Below, piece by piece: positions 9,843-20,577 of a stretch of DNA of 64,000 bases. How positions within the stretch are numbered: position 1 is the first letter of the stretch; the number at the start of each line of letters is the position of its first letter. A model generated the notes under the pieces. The model searched no databases. It was given only the letters and a program-made list of their open reading frames with translations, and was not told the origin of the DNA. The position numbers were made by a program, and so were the translations under genes. The stretch comes from a virus: positions 1 to 64,000 of IMG/VR virus record IMGVR_UViG_3300044697_000009; one strand, 5' to 3'.

Positions 9843-10162
9843 AAACGTTTTTATCGTATATATTAATTTTTTCCGCCACAATAATGACATTAAATTACAA
9901 AGATATCAAAGCTAAATACATAACAAAATACCCACCTGGCACTTGCGTATTATATGACGGAAATGGCGTTAAATTCAATGATAAAATAATCGGGTTTCAA
10001 AATGGAAAATATAAAGTAATTTTTTGGTATGGTCCTGATAAAATATCTACACACTTAGCTAAAAGTGATATTATTACTGGAAGTTTTACTGAAGATCGTT
10101 GGTGGATCAATAGGTATTGGACTGTCGCTAATTGTGATGAACTAGAACAGAAATATAAATAA
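9839..10162 (+). CDS. Exported or membrane-anchored hypothetical protein
   Basis: N-terminal hydrophobic segment; ATGA overlap. Confidence 0.5.
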   Translation: MKTFLSYILIFSATIMTLNYKDIKAKYITKYPPGTCVLYDGNGVKFNDKIIGFQNGKYKVIFWYGPDKISTHLAKSDIITGSFTEDRWWINRYWTVANCDELEQKYK

Positions 10163-10240
10163 TGTTAATTAAATGTAAATACTGCAAGAAATCCTACCCT
10201 AAATCCTGTATGGAAACTCCTGATTATTGTTCAAAATTCT

Positions 10241-10966
10241 GTGTCCGTGGCAGTAGTTCAGGATTGTCATACGAAAATTATAAAAAGAATGAAAAAAAAG
10301 ATAAATGAGTATTCAATCGAAGAACTATCAAAACTAGCCGAATCGACTGAAGACACAAAAACAGAAAGAATTATAGAAGATGCAGGTACTGACGTCCTGT
10401 CGTTTGTTACATTCTATAATCTTAAAGCTGGACGTGATGTAGTACCTCAAAAAACGATTTATTTCCTATACAAAGAATGGTCAAAGACTCCTTTACCAAA
10501 GAAAACTTTTGAAATCGAGCTTAGTAAATACTTAGTTCCTAATCAAATTGGCGGTGTCATAGTCTATAGGATTAATAAAAAAGCTACAGAAATTTCAGCT
10601 AAAGCATGGGAATTAATTCTCTTAAAATCACGTGAAGCAACTAAAATCCCACAAATCAAGAAACACTTCGAATTATTCTGTAAAGCATATGATATAAAAC
10701 CGGGCGACTATTTCGTACAGAGTTTTGTATTATATGATATGTATGATGAATTCTGCTACAAGACTAAGAAAAAAACACATATGGGACCTCAAGAATTCCA
10801 TAATGTATGTGAAGTATATTTCAAGCAAAAACGATTAACCCAAAATAAGCTTGCTTGGTGGGGTTTAGATCCATCAATCAAGAAGCATCTAACCATGGAT
10901 CGGTTATTAAGGCTACGGAGGGCCAGATTGCTTTATGCCAAAAAGAAAAAGTCGAAGAAGTCGTGA
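10241..10966 (+). CDS. Putative DNA-binding protein with two winged-helix-like repeats
   Basis: Twice-repeated pattern (IYFLYKEWS...F..EL / LYDMYDEFC...F..V) resembling D5-type C-terminal wHTH; basic tail. Confidence 0.45.
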   Translation: MSVAVVQDCHTKIIKRMKKKINEYSIEELSKLAESTEDTKTERIIEDAGTDVLSFVTFYNLKAGRDVVPQKTIYFLYKEWSKTPLPKKTFEIELSKYLVPNQIGGVIVYRINKKATEISAKAWELILLKSREATKIPQIKKHFELFCKAYDIKPGDYFVQSFVLYDMYDEFCYKTKKKTHMGPQEFHNVCEVYFKQKRLTQNKLAWWGLDPSIKKHLTMDRLLRLRRARLLYAKKKKSKKS

Positions 10967-11552
10967 GAAATACCCTGCATTATATCCACATTTAAATGTA
11001 AAATCAAAATATGAAATGTTTGATATGGATTATGTAAAAGAACTTCCAGATAAGCCGGTGCCTCATTGTGGAAATTCAGATGGTAAGTGTAAAGTCTGTA
11101 ACAACCCTAAAACTAGGTTCATTAATCCAAAAGATTATTTAAACAGATTTATGGAAGAATTCGCTAATGCTGATTTTCATCATGATGGCAAGAAACTTGA
11201 TGATTCACCAAAAGCTAGGAAAGAAGCGTATAACAGATCTAATGCTAGATACAGAGATCTTTTGAATCAACTCAAAATTAATCAAAGTCTTTTAGTTGAT
11301 ATTGAGAAACTTCATGAATTCAATAGTTTTCAAAACAGGATATTTATGAATCCGAATTTCGAAGACCAGAGTTATTCACCGGAAGACTTTGCTATTTTTA
11401 TTGAAGAACTAAAGGAATTATTGAATAACAAGAATTTACGGAAAAATATCAAGAACAAGAAGCTTCTAAAGGATTTTAAAGAACGACTTGAAGAATACGA
11501 ATCAATGGACTATAAATCTGATGATAGCGATGACAGTTCCAGCGGTGGTTAA
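10935..11552 (+). CDS. Hypothetical protein (basic N-terminus, Cys/His cluster)
   Basis: Long ORF at the end of the + strand block. Confidence 0.6.
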   Translation: MPKRKSRRSREKYPALYPHLNVKSKYEMFDMDYVKELPDKPVPHCGNSDGKCKVCNNPKTRFINPKDYLNRFMEEFANADFHHDGKKLDDSPKARKEAYNRSNARYRDLLNQLKINQSLLVDIEKLHEFNSFQNRIFMNPNFEDQSYSPEDFAIFIEELKELLNNKNLRKNIKNKKLLKDFKERLEEYESMDYKSDDSDDSSSGG

Positions 11553-11801
11553 GATTACAGTACCAAGTTTCAATGCGCCTAGCATTCTGTCTCTAAAAGA
11601 TTTCAATGGTTCTAAATCAGCTTGAATTTTATTGAAGTTTTCTTGTTGAGCTTTTTCTAGTAACGAAATGTGTCTCTCGGCAATGTCGGTACGTTTAACA
11701 TGATATTCCCAGTCTGCCCTCATCTTACCGCTTTCGACTTTTATATCACTAATGTCTTCAATAATCTTATCTAGTTTATCATTTATTCTTTGATCATCCA
11801 T
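11502..11801 (-). CDS. Coiled-coil protein with C-terminal TM (holin/XhlA-like)
   Basis: Heptad repeats, C-terminal TM; last gene of the late block. Confidence 0.5.
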   Translation of the reverse strand: MDDQRINDKLDKIIEDISDIKVESGKMRADWEYHVKRTDIAERHISLLEKAQQENFNKIQADLEPLKSFRDRMLGALKLGTVILTTAGTVIAIIRFIVH

Positions 11802-11808
11802 AACTCTC

Positions 11809-14574
11809 TCAAAAGCTATACTTCATTTTCCCAGTGGGAGCAGAAGCTCTAGGGGTTTGTTCAGTTTTAAGTCTAGAATTCATATCTGGATCTAAATACG
11901 CTTTAGCCATAGGATTTTGTTGTATTGCAAAGATGGCGGCATTCTTTCTAACCGAGTCATTTGATTGTAAAGCAGAACTCAATGCTTCACCTAAATTCTT
12001 AGTCTGAGGATTCATAGCAAGTTTTTGAGCTACTCCCGTTAAGACTTGATCAGGAGCATTGTAAGCTGATCCGCCTATTTGAGTATTACTACTATCAGTT
12101 TTAGGCCCATTTAATGCGATAGTGCCAGTGTTCTGAAATTGTTTAGCCGTATTCTCTCTTTGAGATGAATTCTTTATGTAATTGGCGACTTCGTCTTTAT
12201 TTAATCCTACTTTAGAAAACAACGATTGGTAAGGCCTTCCTTCTGCCTGGGCTTGTTGCATATTTTGTTGATCAAGTTCAGACAGACGATTCAACACGGT
12301 CTTAATTTTATCCATTGGTTGTTGTACTGGAGCCATAGATTGTCCGATTTGAGACCCGCCAGCCTGAACTGCACCTAAGTTCTGTAATCCAGTATTTGAT
12401 GCTTGTCCAGCTATGTTACCGGCCATTACTCCAGCACTTTGTAAGTTCTTCGGAATAGAGACTTGTGGATGAGTTAAAAGACCCATTAAATCAACAGTAT
12501 TAGCTTTATCAACGAGTTGTTTTTGTTGCATTGCTTTATTCAATAAAGCTTGGTCTTGTGCTTGAGTCTGTTTTAAAGTCTGCTGGTATTGATTCTCTAT
12601 GTTATTTAATACAGCTTGATTTTGTAGATCAGTTGCATGTTGGATTTGTTGTCCTTGTTGAGCTACTTGTTGAAAATTCCTCTGAATCTTCTGAGCTAAT
12701 ACTGGATCAAATTTCTGTACAGCAGCTAGATTTTGTTCAAACTTCGCTTGTCTAGCGAGATCTGCAATACTAGAGCTTTGAGAATTTGCAGCTTGGCCTT
12801 GTCTTGCAAGAGTTGCAATGTTGTTAAGTCCATTACCAATATCTTGTTGGAACTGAACCCCAGCTCTATAACCGGCATCAGCTGCCGCAAGGCCTGGGAA
12901 TTTAGCTTGCATTAAAGATGAGAGTTTATTGTATTGATCATTGATGAAACTATTATCAGCAGCACTGAGAGTTGGATCATTTCTCATTTGTCTAAGATTA
13001 GTTCTTAACTGCCTTAATTGTTCATAAGTAGGATCTAATGTCCCACCTTCACGAGTCTTAACTAATTTAGAAATAGGAGACGTTGTTTCAGGACTACCTG
13101 GTTGAGCAAATTTTGATACAGTCGACAATGTCTGATTACTTGTATCCATACCAGGAGGTGTGTCTTTAACGATATTAAGACTTAAGATCTGCCGTCCGTC
13201 TTGTGTCTGTGATGGAACGATTTGATATTTAGCGGCAAGACCTTGTTGACGGGCTTGAGCAACAGCTAGTTCTCCTTGGTCTTGGAGTTTTTCAACTGTA
13301 CCTGGAACCGCAGGAGCTGTAGCATATGTCGTGACTTGTTTAGTTTTAATCGGGCCTTCTACGATATTCTGGAGTTCATTTTGTAGATAAGGTTCGTTTT
13401 TAGAATTTAATTGATTCAAACTATCATAAAACTGATCAACATAGTCATCAAATGCATCAATAGGCTGAATACTTGATGGATCTCGTCCTTCAGGAGAATT
13501 AGCTAAATCTGAATTCACTTGATTAATAGTTTTACCGGCGTTTTGAGCATTGACTTGTTGATAAGCATTCCCACGTTCGCCTAATGAAGCTTCGATATCA
13601 GCTTGAGTTTGTTGAGCAGCATTTAATAATTGTTTATTTTGTATAGCTTCGGCATTTGTTTGTGCAATACTAGATTGGTCTTTAGCAGCTTTAGTTGCTT
13701 CTTTTTTAGCTGTTTCGATATTATCTATATTGTGTTTAGCATTATCCTGGGCTTGAGCCAATGCTTGATCTGCCGCGTCTTGAGCTGCAGGACCAATAAG
13801 ATTTTGACCTTGTTGTCCAGCTTTTGTTGCTTGAATAACAGCACTATTTGTTTCAGGATTAGCGGCATCTATTGCACCACTACCAGCGCCAAATACACCG
13901 CCAAGCATAGCGCCAGTTTGTGCTCCTTTAAGAGCATCATTAAGATTTTGTTGTTGTTCTTGTTGGCTTGCACCTATGATATTATTTGGAGAATTAGCTG
14001 ATGCCAATGCTGCACCACCAACTGCGCCTATTCCAGCGCCTTTAATTGCTTTTGGTAGGACTTTAGCTGCAGCTCCAGCGACAGAACCAGCTTCAGGTAA
14101 TGCTCTGAGTCCAGCAAGAGCTTCAGTTCCTCCAACAGCTAAACCGGCTAGTCCACCACCAACACCAACACCTTTACCGATCGCAGAAGCCAATGGATGA
14201 GTAGCTTCGTCAGTTTCAGTCTGTTTCTGAGACAATTGTTTATACTGATTATAGAGTTGTTCAAGTTTTTGTGTATCAGTTAAATCCGAAGGATGCTGTA
14301 TAACATCACCTAAAACTCCACGAGCACCTTCAGCTGCAGTATATGCGCCTTCACCGATTAATCCCCTAACAGCAGCATTTGCAGTAGAATTAATATAACC
14401 AGATGGAGTGACATCATCAAGTTGTTTTTGAAAATTGTCTTGAGGTGTAGACGGTTGGCTTTGAGGAGAATTTTGAGCAATATAAGAATTTACATCAAAT
14501 CCAGAAGACTGGGGTTCTGCTTGATTATCTTCTTGTTGATTTTGTTGGATGTATTGGTTTACATCAAAACTCAT
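11809..14574 (-). CDS. Internal virion (DNA ejection) protein
   Basis: 921 aa, Gln/Ala-rich helical, Gly/Ala hydrophobic stretches; position after tail genes. Confidence 0.7.
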   Translation of the reverse strand: MSFDVNQYIQQNQQEDNQAEPQSSGFDVNSYIAQNSPQSQPSTPQDNFQKQLDDVTPSGYINSTANAAVRGLIGEGAYTAAEGARGVLGDVIQHPSDLTDTQKLEQLYNQYKQLSQKQTETDEATHPLASAIGKGVGVGGGLAGLAVGGTEALAGLRALPEAGSVAGAAAKVLPKAIKGAGIGAVGGAALASANSPNNIIGASQQEQQQNLNDALKGAQTGAMLGGVFGAGSGAIDAANPETNSAVIQATKAGQQGQNLIGPAAQDAADQALAQAQDNAKHNIDNIETAKKEATKAAKDQSSIAQTNAEAIQNKQLLNAAQQTQADIEASLGERGNAYQQVNAQNAGKTINQVNSDLANSPEGRDPSSIQPIDAFDDYVDQFYDSLNQLNSKNEPYLQNELQNIVEGPIKTKQVTTYATAPAVPGTVEKLQDQGELAVAQARQQGLAAKYQIVPSQTQDGRQILSLNIVKDTPPGMDTSNQTLSTVSKFAQPGSPETTSPISKLVKTREGGTLDPTYEQLRQLRTNLRQMRNDPTLSAADNSFINDQYNKLSSLMQAKFPGLAAADAGYRAGVQFQQDIGNGLNNIATLARQGQAANSQSSSIADLARQAKFEQNLAAVQKFDPVLAQKIQRNFQQVAQQGQQIQHATDLQNQAVLNNIENQYQQTLKQTQAQDQALLNKAMQQKQLVDKANTVDLMGLLTHPQVSIPKNLQSAGVMAGNIAGQASNTGLQNLGAVQAGGSQIGQSMAPVQQPMDKIKTVLNRLSELDQQNMQQAQAEGRPYQSLFSKVGLNKDEVANYIKNSSQRENTAKQFQNTGTIALNGPKTDSSNTQIGGSAYNAPDQVLTGVAQKLAMNPQTKNLGEALSSALQSNDSVRKNAAIFAIQQNPMAKAYLDPDMNSRLKTEQTPRASAPTGKMKYSF

Positions 14575-17117
14575 TGAAGAAGTCCTTTAGATTTGAGAAT
14601 ATTTCCCAAAACAGCTTTATTTGGATCAGAATCATCCATTGTTTGGTAATGTTGAAGAGCTTGTTGGTCTTGAGATGAAACTTCATTCACAGGAGTATTA
14701 TATTGACGAATAGCCGCATTCAATACCGGAGTATCAGCACCACTAAATGGCTTGCCATATTGTTCTGCTAATTCACTCTTTCTTTGATTTATTGTAGTTT
14801 TATAATCATCTCTTAAAGCTTGTACAGTTTTTTGGATTTGATTAACCAATGCTGGATCAGTTTTTCTTAAATCAATATTTGGGTTATTACCATAATATTG
14901 AATTTTTTGAGCAATAGTTCTACCGATAGTTTGAAGTTGAGTCCTATCGATTTTACCTTCACTTCCACCCAATCCACGGATTTGCATACCGCTAGCTACG
15001 TCTTGTTCAGCATCTGATAAGATTTGAGGAGTCAAAGGTACAGATTTGTTATTAATTAAATTCATCGCTTTATCCAACGAACCTAAGTTCTGAGTCGATG
15101 GTTTAATCAAAGGATCATTTTGGATATGATTAATGAATTGAGAAGCAAGTTGTCGGTCTTGCATCGTCATTCTAGTACCATTCATAGAGTTATATCCCTG
15201 GATTCTGGCATTACCCATAATACTAGCGGATTTTTCTCTAGATTCGTTACTAGCCTTAGCTCTTTCATTTTCTTGTTGTTGCTGATAAACCATTTTAATC
15301 ATTGCATTTTTAAGCTGCTGATCTTGTTTCAAATATGGAGCGACTTGCATCAAATCATTAGCACTTGCGTTGTCAGGAACTTTAATACCTTTAGATTGAA
15401 GATATTGTTTCATGACTTGCGATACAGGACTTGCTGGATCATCTGATTGCATTTTAATTTGCTCAGCAAGATTTTGTACAGGGAGTTGCCCTAAATCACC
15501 AAGAGATTTGAAATAAGCCGGATTAACTGGAGTAGCACCGTGACCAGCAATACCAGCCGCCAATAAAGCACCGGAATTAGCTCCAGCTTCAGCTGACATA
15601 TAGTTTTCACGTTGTTGCTGGGCTTGTTTCAACTGATCCATAATAGATTGTCTAGATGCGATTTGATCTGGATTCAAACCTACTTGTGAAGCAGGAACGG
15701 CATCCTGATCTTCAGACTTCATACCTAAATCTGATACATCGGCAATCTTAGCGATGTCTTCAGGACTTGCAGCATCTAAATCTGTAGAAGTTTGAGGCAT
15801 TGTACCAGACCCAGTGTCTTGGTCTTGCGCCTGTGGACTATCGACATATCCAATTGCAGAACTTTGATCTTGATCCTGACTATCATCTTGTTGAGACTGA
15901 TCTTGGTCTTGATCATTTAGAATTAAATCATTAGCAGCTTGATCGATTTGATCTCCAGTACTCATATCTGCCGCATTCTCAGCGTCTTGTTCTTCATCCT
16001 CAGGAGTATACATTCCAGTCATTATAGGACTAGCTGAGATATCTTGTTCGTCACCTTGTACTTCTTCAACTCGCGGAGTTCCTTCATCATAATGACGAAC
16101 TTTACCACCTTTATTTAATGCTTCTCTTTGTTCTTCAGATAAGAATTCAGCAAATGCAGCTTTAAGACCTTCTATATTATTTTTATTATGATCACCTTCT
16201 GATTCTTCTTCATTAAGAAATTTCTTGAGACGATCTTTAAGACTCTTAATATTCTTTGTATTGTGTGGTTTTTCTTTCTTAGGCTTTATCTTACCACCTT
16301 CAGATTTCATTTCAATATCAGGATATTTTTTATGGACTTTAGATTTGACTTCAGCTTTTTCTTTAGGACTGCCGTTTTGAGACACACGAGCTAAAGCATT
16401 TCTTGCATGATTCTTATCATTAATAGGGTATCTACGTCCAGGTAAAGCGAAGTTTTTTTCAGAAATATGTTTTCTTGCATTAGTATCAAGCTTACCACCA
16501 TCATGAAGTCCTGTAGTTTGTGCAGCTTGAGCTAATTGATTTGGATCAACCGGAGTATTAGCAAGATTTTGGTATGGATTAGGTGAAGGAGATATATAAT
16601 TTTCTAGTTTTTGAAGAATCGATGGATCTTGTTGAACTTCACCACCATCATCATAACCAGGATATGACTGAGCCTTTTTAATAGCATCATTTACTTTGTC
16701 ATCACCAGGGCCAAACATATCACCAATACTTTGGTTTTTATCAGTACCTGGAGGAGGTTGAGAAGTACCGGATTGAATTGTTCCGCCTTGGTCATATTTC
16801 TTTATTTTACCGCCATAATATTCATTAGGAACTCCCTGAGCTTCTCCCATATTGACTAAATTCTGATGACGGATTTTATCGTATTTTTGTTGTTGAGTTT
16901 CATCTGGAGTAGGAGTTGGAGAAGGTTTAGGACCTTCAAAAGCTAAGGTAAGAGCTTGTCCTATATTTGTCAATGGTCCAATAGCACTATCTAATACAGA
17001 GTTATCATAATCTGATCCTGAATCATTAGAAGCTGATGGAGTTCCATCGTCGTAATGTTTCATTTTTTTGAATTGTTCAAGAAGTTTTTTACGGTATTCT
17101 AAAGAATTCTTATCCAT
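14571..17117 (-). CDS. Internal virion (ejection) protein with repeated xxGG-hydrophobic motifs
   Basis: Acidic and Q-rich; repeated YDDGG/EGGKI motifs; contains FALPGRRYPI..KNHARNAL module; ATG 17117 preferred to track start 17159. Confidence 0.65.
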   Translation of the reverse strand: MDKNSLEYRKKLLEQFKKMKHYDDGTPSASNDSGSDYDNSVLDSAIGPLTNIGQALTLAFEGPKPSPTPTPDETQQQKYDKIRHQNLVNMGEAQGVPNEYYGGKIKKYDQGGTIQSGTSQPPPGTDKNQSIGDMFGPGDDKVNDAIKKAQSYPGYDDGGEVQQDPSILQKLENYISPSPNPYQNLANTPVDPNQLAQAAQTTGLHDGGKLDTNARKHISEKNFALPGRRYPINDKNHARNALARVSQNGSPKEKAEVKSKVHKKYPDIEMKSEGGKIKPKKEKPHNTKNIKSLKDRLKKFLNEEESEGDHNKNNIEGLKAAFAEFLSEEQREALNKGGKVRHYDEGTPRVEEVQGDEQDISASPIMTGMYTPEDEEQDAENAADMSTGDQIDQAANDLILNDQDQDQSQQDDSQDQDQSSAIGYVDSPQAQDQDTGSGTMPQTSTDLDAASPEDIAKIADVSDLGMKSEDQDAVPASQVGLNPDQIASRQSIMDQLKQAQQQRENYMSAEAGANSGALLAAGIAGHGATPVNPAYFKSLGDLGQLPVQNLAEQIKMQSDDPASPVSQVMKQYLQSKGIKVPDNASANDLMQVAPYLKQDQQLKNAMIKMVYQQQQENERAKASNESREKSASIMGNARIQGYNSMNGTRMTMQDRQLASQFINHIQNDPLIKPSTQNLGSLDKAMNLINNKSVPLTPQILSDAEQDVASGMQIRGLGGSEGKIDRTQLQTIGRTIAQKIQYYGNNPNIDLRKTDPALVNQIQKTVQALRDDYKTTINQRKSELAEQYGKPFSGADTPVLNAAIRQYNTPVNEVSSQDQQALQHYQTMDDSDPNKAVLGNILKSKGLLQ

Positions 17118-18378
17118 TATTTCTTTCCATATCCGCTCGAAGACTGTGGTGATCTTCAAGAAGTTTAGCTAATCGTTTACCAAGGCTTGATTGAGCCATA
17201 GTACGAGGCAGAACAATCTCACCGGGACTTAACATCGCTGGAACTATATCATTTTTTGGTGAATCACCTTGTACGACAGCTTGACCAGGCACTGTTCCAC
17301 CTTTACGGAAATCATGGATTTGTCCACCACTAGATAAACCAATGTTATAGTTATTGGTCGTTCCACTGCCAGAACTCTTACCAGAATTTAAATACGAATT
17401 CTGAGCTTGTGTACCAAACATTCCAGTAGCTGCACCAAGACCACCTAAAGTCCCACCGATTCCACCACCAAGATTTGCTCCTGCTTGAGCCGCTTGTTGA
17501 GCTTGTTGATTTTGATATCCAGCTAGATTCTGATACCCACCAGCTTTCACTCCGGCATTTTGTAAAGTGTCTTCATATTGTTGTTGAGTCATAGCTTGTT
17601 GGTTATAAGCAGCTTGATTTGCAGATGTTACATTAGCATTTGACAGATTTTGTACGTTATTAAGATTATATTGTTGACCTTGATTCTGGGCTTGAACGTT
17701 AGCATTCTGAGCTGCCGTTTGTTGTTGTACATTGAAACGGTTCAATTGGTCTTGAGCCTGAGCCTTAGTTAATGCTTGTCCAAAGAGTTGAGAATTCAAC
17801 TGACTTCCCATAGAGCCTTCTTGAGCCGCAGCATTTAATGCATTGGCTTGAGCATTGGCCATTATGTTCTGTGATTGATTCGCTTGCTCATTTGCTCCTT
17901 CTTGTTGAGCATTCAAAGCATTCATAAGTTTAAGACCAGTCATGCTACCAGCGCCACCGGCCTGAGCATTTAACTGATTCATCAACGCTTGTTGACGTCC
18001 TGAAATCTGGCTACCCGTTTGTTGATTGACTTCATTTAATGCGGCACGTTGTTGAGCTGTCATACCCATACTGGCAGTTTGAGCCATTTGCTGAAGAGCT
18101 GCACGTTGAGCATTCAAACTACCTTGGTCAGTACCAAGTCCAGCAACTGCCGAAGGGCCTTGTTGGATAGCTTGTTCCATTGCCGGATTATATACACCAG
18201 ATTGTTTATATTGTTGAAGACTTAATGGAGCTGATAAATCAGGAGCATTTGGTATGTTCTGAAGTATTTGATTTGCTTGATTCAAATCATTGTTGGCTTG
18301 ACCTGAATATTGTGATGCATTTGCATTACCAATTGCACCTCCAATAATACCGCCAATAGATGAAATAATACCCGCCAT
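17110..18378 (-). CDS. Internal virion / pilot-like ejection protein
   Basis: Gly-rich N-terminus, Q/N/A helix, C-terminal GG.V.G...D.VPAMLSPGE motif. Confidence 0.7.
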   Translation of the reverse strand: MAGIISSIGGIIGGAIGNANASQYSGQANNDLNQANQILQNIPNAPDLSAPLSLQQYKQSGVYNPAMEQAIQQGPSAVAGLGTDQGSLNAQRAALQQMAQTASMGMTAQQRAALNEVNQQTGSQISGRQQALMNQLNAQAGGAGSMTGLKLMNALNAQQEGANEQANQSQNIMANAQANALNAAAQEGSMGSQLNSQLFGQALTKAQAQDQLNRFNVQQQTAAQNANVQAQNQGQQYNLNNVQNLSNANVTSANQAAYNQQAMTQQQYEDTLQNAGVKAGGYQNLAGYQNQQAQQAAQAGANLGGGIGGTLGGLGAATGMFGTQAQNSYLNSGKSSGSGTTNNYNIGLSSGGQIHDFRKGGTVPGQAVVQGDSPKNDIVPAMLSPGEIVLPRTMAQSSLGKRLAKLLEDHHSLRADMERNNG

Positions 18379-18767
18379 TATATACTCCTAAAATAAACTT
18401 TGTTAGAAGGTAAGTATTTAAACTCCAAGTCTTCTAATTCTTTGATTAAACTATTTAATTCTGCAAATGTTAGGATAAGTTTATATCCTTCAGTTTTAGC
18501 CGCATTAATAATTGTTTCGAACAATACTCTAATACCTTGTCTACGTTCTTGTTTCTCTGTATTAGGATTTGAAATAAAATTTTCAATGTAACAAACTTTA
18601 CTATTTGTTTTATATAAAAATCCAGCGACGATATCTTTTTGAGCATCACTAATCATAAATCCGAAATCTGACAACAAGTCTTTATCAATACCAAATGATT
18701 TATGATCTATAAGCCATTTGTTGATTTGTTGATAATCTTGATCTAGATTCAACTTGCGCGTTATCAT
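18378..18767 (-). CDS. GNAT-fold acetyltransferase-like protein
   Basis: VAGFLY, CYIENFISNP..RRQGI, AK.EGYK; typical position among podophage ejection genes. Confidence 0.7.
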   Translation of the reverse strand: MITRKLNLDQDYQQINKWLIDHKSFGIDKDLLSDFGFMISDAQKDIVAGFLYKTNSKVCYIENFISNPNTEKQERRQGIRVLFETIINAAKTEGYKLILTFAELNSLIKELEDLEFKYLPSNKVYFRSI

Positions 18768-20500
18768 GAATTTTGACTCGCTAGACTACTCATCATAGGT
18801 CCCATTGATGATTGATTAGGAACTATATTAATTGTTTCTGGTGTACCATATTGAGCATTTAATTGAGCCATTGTATTGTTATAGTTCTGAGTTTGCGTAG
18901 CTAAATTATTTAGCCCCCATACATAATCTAAACCTAAATTAGCATTACCCAATGCACCATTGGTATTTCCATAAGTTCCTAGTCCAGCATTTGCTACTGC
19001 ATTTTCTAAATTTGCTTGTTGTTGTGGCGATAAAGCTTCTGCCTCAAATTCATTATTGATTCCAAATTGTTTATAAATATTCATTAAATTATTAGCATTA
19101 TTGTATTGAGTTAATGAAGGATTTAAGACAGAATTGTAGTTATTCTGAGTATTAGTCAAAGCATTTTGGAAAGCAGTTTGATTAGCTTGAACCTGAGGAG
19201 CTTGAGAATATGTCCCAGCCTGAGAAGGATTTTGAAATTGTTGAAAGACTTGTTGAGCAGCTTGAGGCGCTGCGGTGCCAGCTAACTGCTGTAATGCTTG
19301 AAACTGAGCATATTGTTGAGGTGTTGCAATATTCTGAGCATTGGCTTGTAAAGGATTTTGTGTCAAATAATTCTGGGCATTGTTGCCGCCAAGAAGATTA
19401 TATACGTTCTCACCCTGAGTCAAACCCAGAAGATTGGCTTGTTGTTGAGTCACATTCCCAGACTGCAAAGCCTGGATCAATTGTTGATACTGGAGATTAG
19501 AATTTTGTTGAGCTTGTGATGCCTGATTCTGAAGATTGGCCTGCATTTGTTGAGCAGTAGTCCCGAGTTGTTGTTGAGTTTGTTGGCCAAATGTCTGCGC
19601 ATTCTGCGCTTGTTCCTGAGCTTGAGTTTGAGCACCAGTATTGGCTTGGTTTGTATAATTCTGCAATGCAAGGGCTTGGTTCTGAGCTTGGGCCAATGCT
19701 TGAGGACTTGTACCTTGGCCTAAAAGAAATGCGTCAAGATTTTGTTGACCTTGAGTATATCCAGGGTTTTGAAACAAATTCTGAAGAATACTAGTTCTGC
19801 CACCTTGTGTACCAAGATTTGATGCTTGTTGAGCCATCGCATTTGCTTGAGCAGATAATTGACTAGCGTTTTGAAGTCCAGTAGGACCTTGATATCCACC
19901 ACCAATTAATTGAGTAAATAAATTACCTTGCGCCTGGGCTTGTTGAGAAGCTTGGTTACTTTGAGCTTGTGTTTGATTATTAGCTCCAGTACTACCAATA
20001 GCGTTACTTGTATTACCTGAAACATTGGCATATTGTAACGGATTATTTAAAACATTTTGTACGAGTTGTTGATTTTGTGATGTATTTGCTTGACTTTGTT
20101 GAGTCTGTTGTTGGAATTGATTCTGTGCTTGTTGTACATTACCTAATGCTTGAGACGTTTGTTGGCCAATGTTCTGAGCTACAGTATTTCCGAGTTGTGA
20201 TGGATTATTAGCCGCTACGTATTGATTAAGATTAGTGAATCCAGTCCCTTGATTTTGCTGACTATAGGCTTGTGGTTTATACTGAGAACCAGAAGATCCA
20301 CCAGAAGGAGTTGAAGCAGTAGGACCTGCGTTAGTACCTTGTTGTCCGGCCTGCGGCGTCTGTGATGGCGCCTGAGTCTGTGAAGACTGGCTTTGAGTAG
20401 ACGACTGCGGAGAACCTGGTTGATTCTGGTTTTGTTGGTTTTGATTTTGATTCTGTTGACCTTGATTCTGAAGGTCACCGAAACCTATGGTCGTGGCCAA
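18764..20500 (-). CDS. Gln/Asn-rich internal virion protein
   Basis: 578 aa, low complexity, TTG start with GGAG RBS, own late-promoter motif. Confidence 0.65.
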   Translation of the reverse strand: MATTIGFGDLQNQGQQNQNQNQQNQNQPGSPQSSTQSQSSQTQAPSQTPQAGQQGTNAGPTASTPSGGSSGSQYKPQAYSQQNQGTGFTNLNQYVAANNPSQLGNTVAQNIGQQTSQALGNVQQAQNQFQQQTQQSQANTSQNQQLVQNVLNNPLQYANVSGNTSNAIGSTGANNQTQAQSNQASQQAQAQGNLFTQLIGGGYQGPTGLQNASQLSAQANAMAQQASNLGTQGGRTSILQNLFQNPGYTQGQQNLDAFLLGQGTSPQALAQAQNQALALQNYTNQANTGAQTQAQEQAQNAQTFGQQTQQQLGTTAQQMQANLQNQASQAQQNSNLQYQQLIQALQSGNVTQQQANLLGLTQGENVYNLLGGNNAQNYLTQNPLQANAQNIATPQQYAQFQALQQLAGTAAPQAAQQVFQQFQNPSQAGTYSQAPQVQANQTAFQNALTNTQNNYNSVLNPSLTQYNNANNLMNIYKQFGINNEFEAEALSPQQQANLENAVANAGLGTYGNTNGALGNANLGLDYVWGLNNLATQTQNYNNTMAQLNAQYGTPETINIVPNQSSMGPMMSSLASQNS

Positions 20501-20536
20501 TTAAAACTCCATATTTCTGTAAATATATGGTATACT

Positions 20537-20548
20537 TATAGTTATTAA
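20537..20548 (-). promoter_or_regulatory. Putative late promoter TTAATAACTATA
   Basis: Intergenic 12-mer recurring upstream of late genes. Confidence 0.75.
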
Positions 20549-20577
20549 AAATACCGTATTAGATATAGGACAAATTT

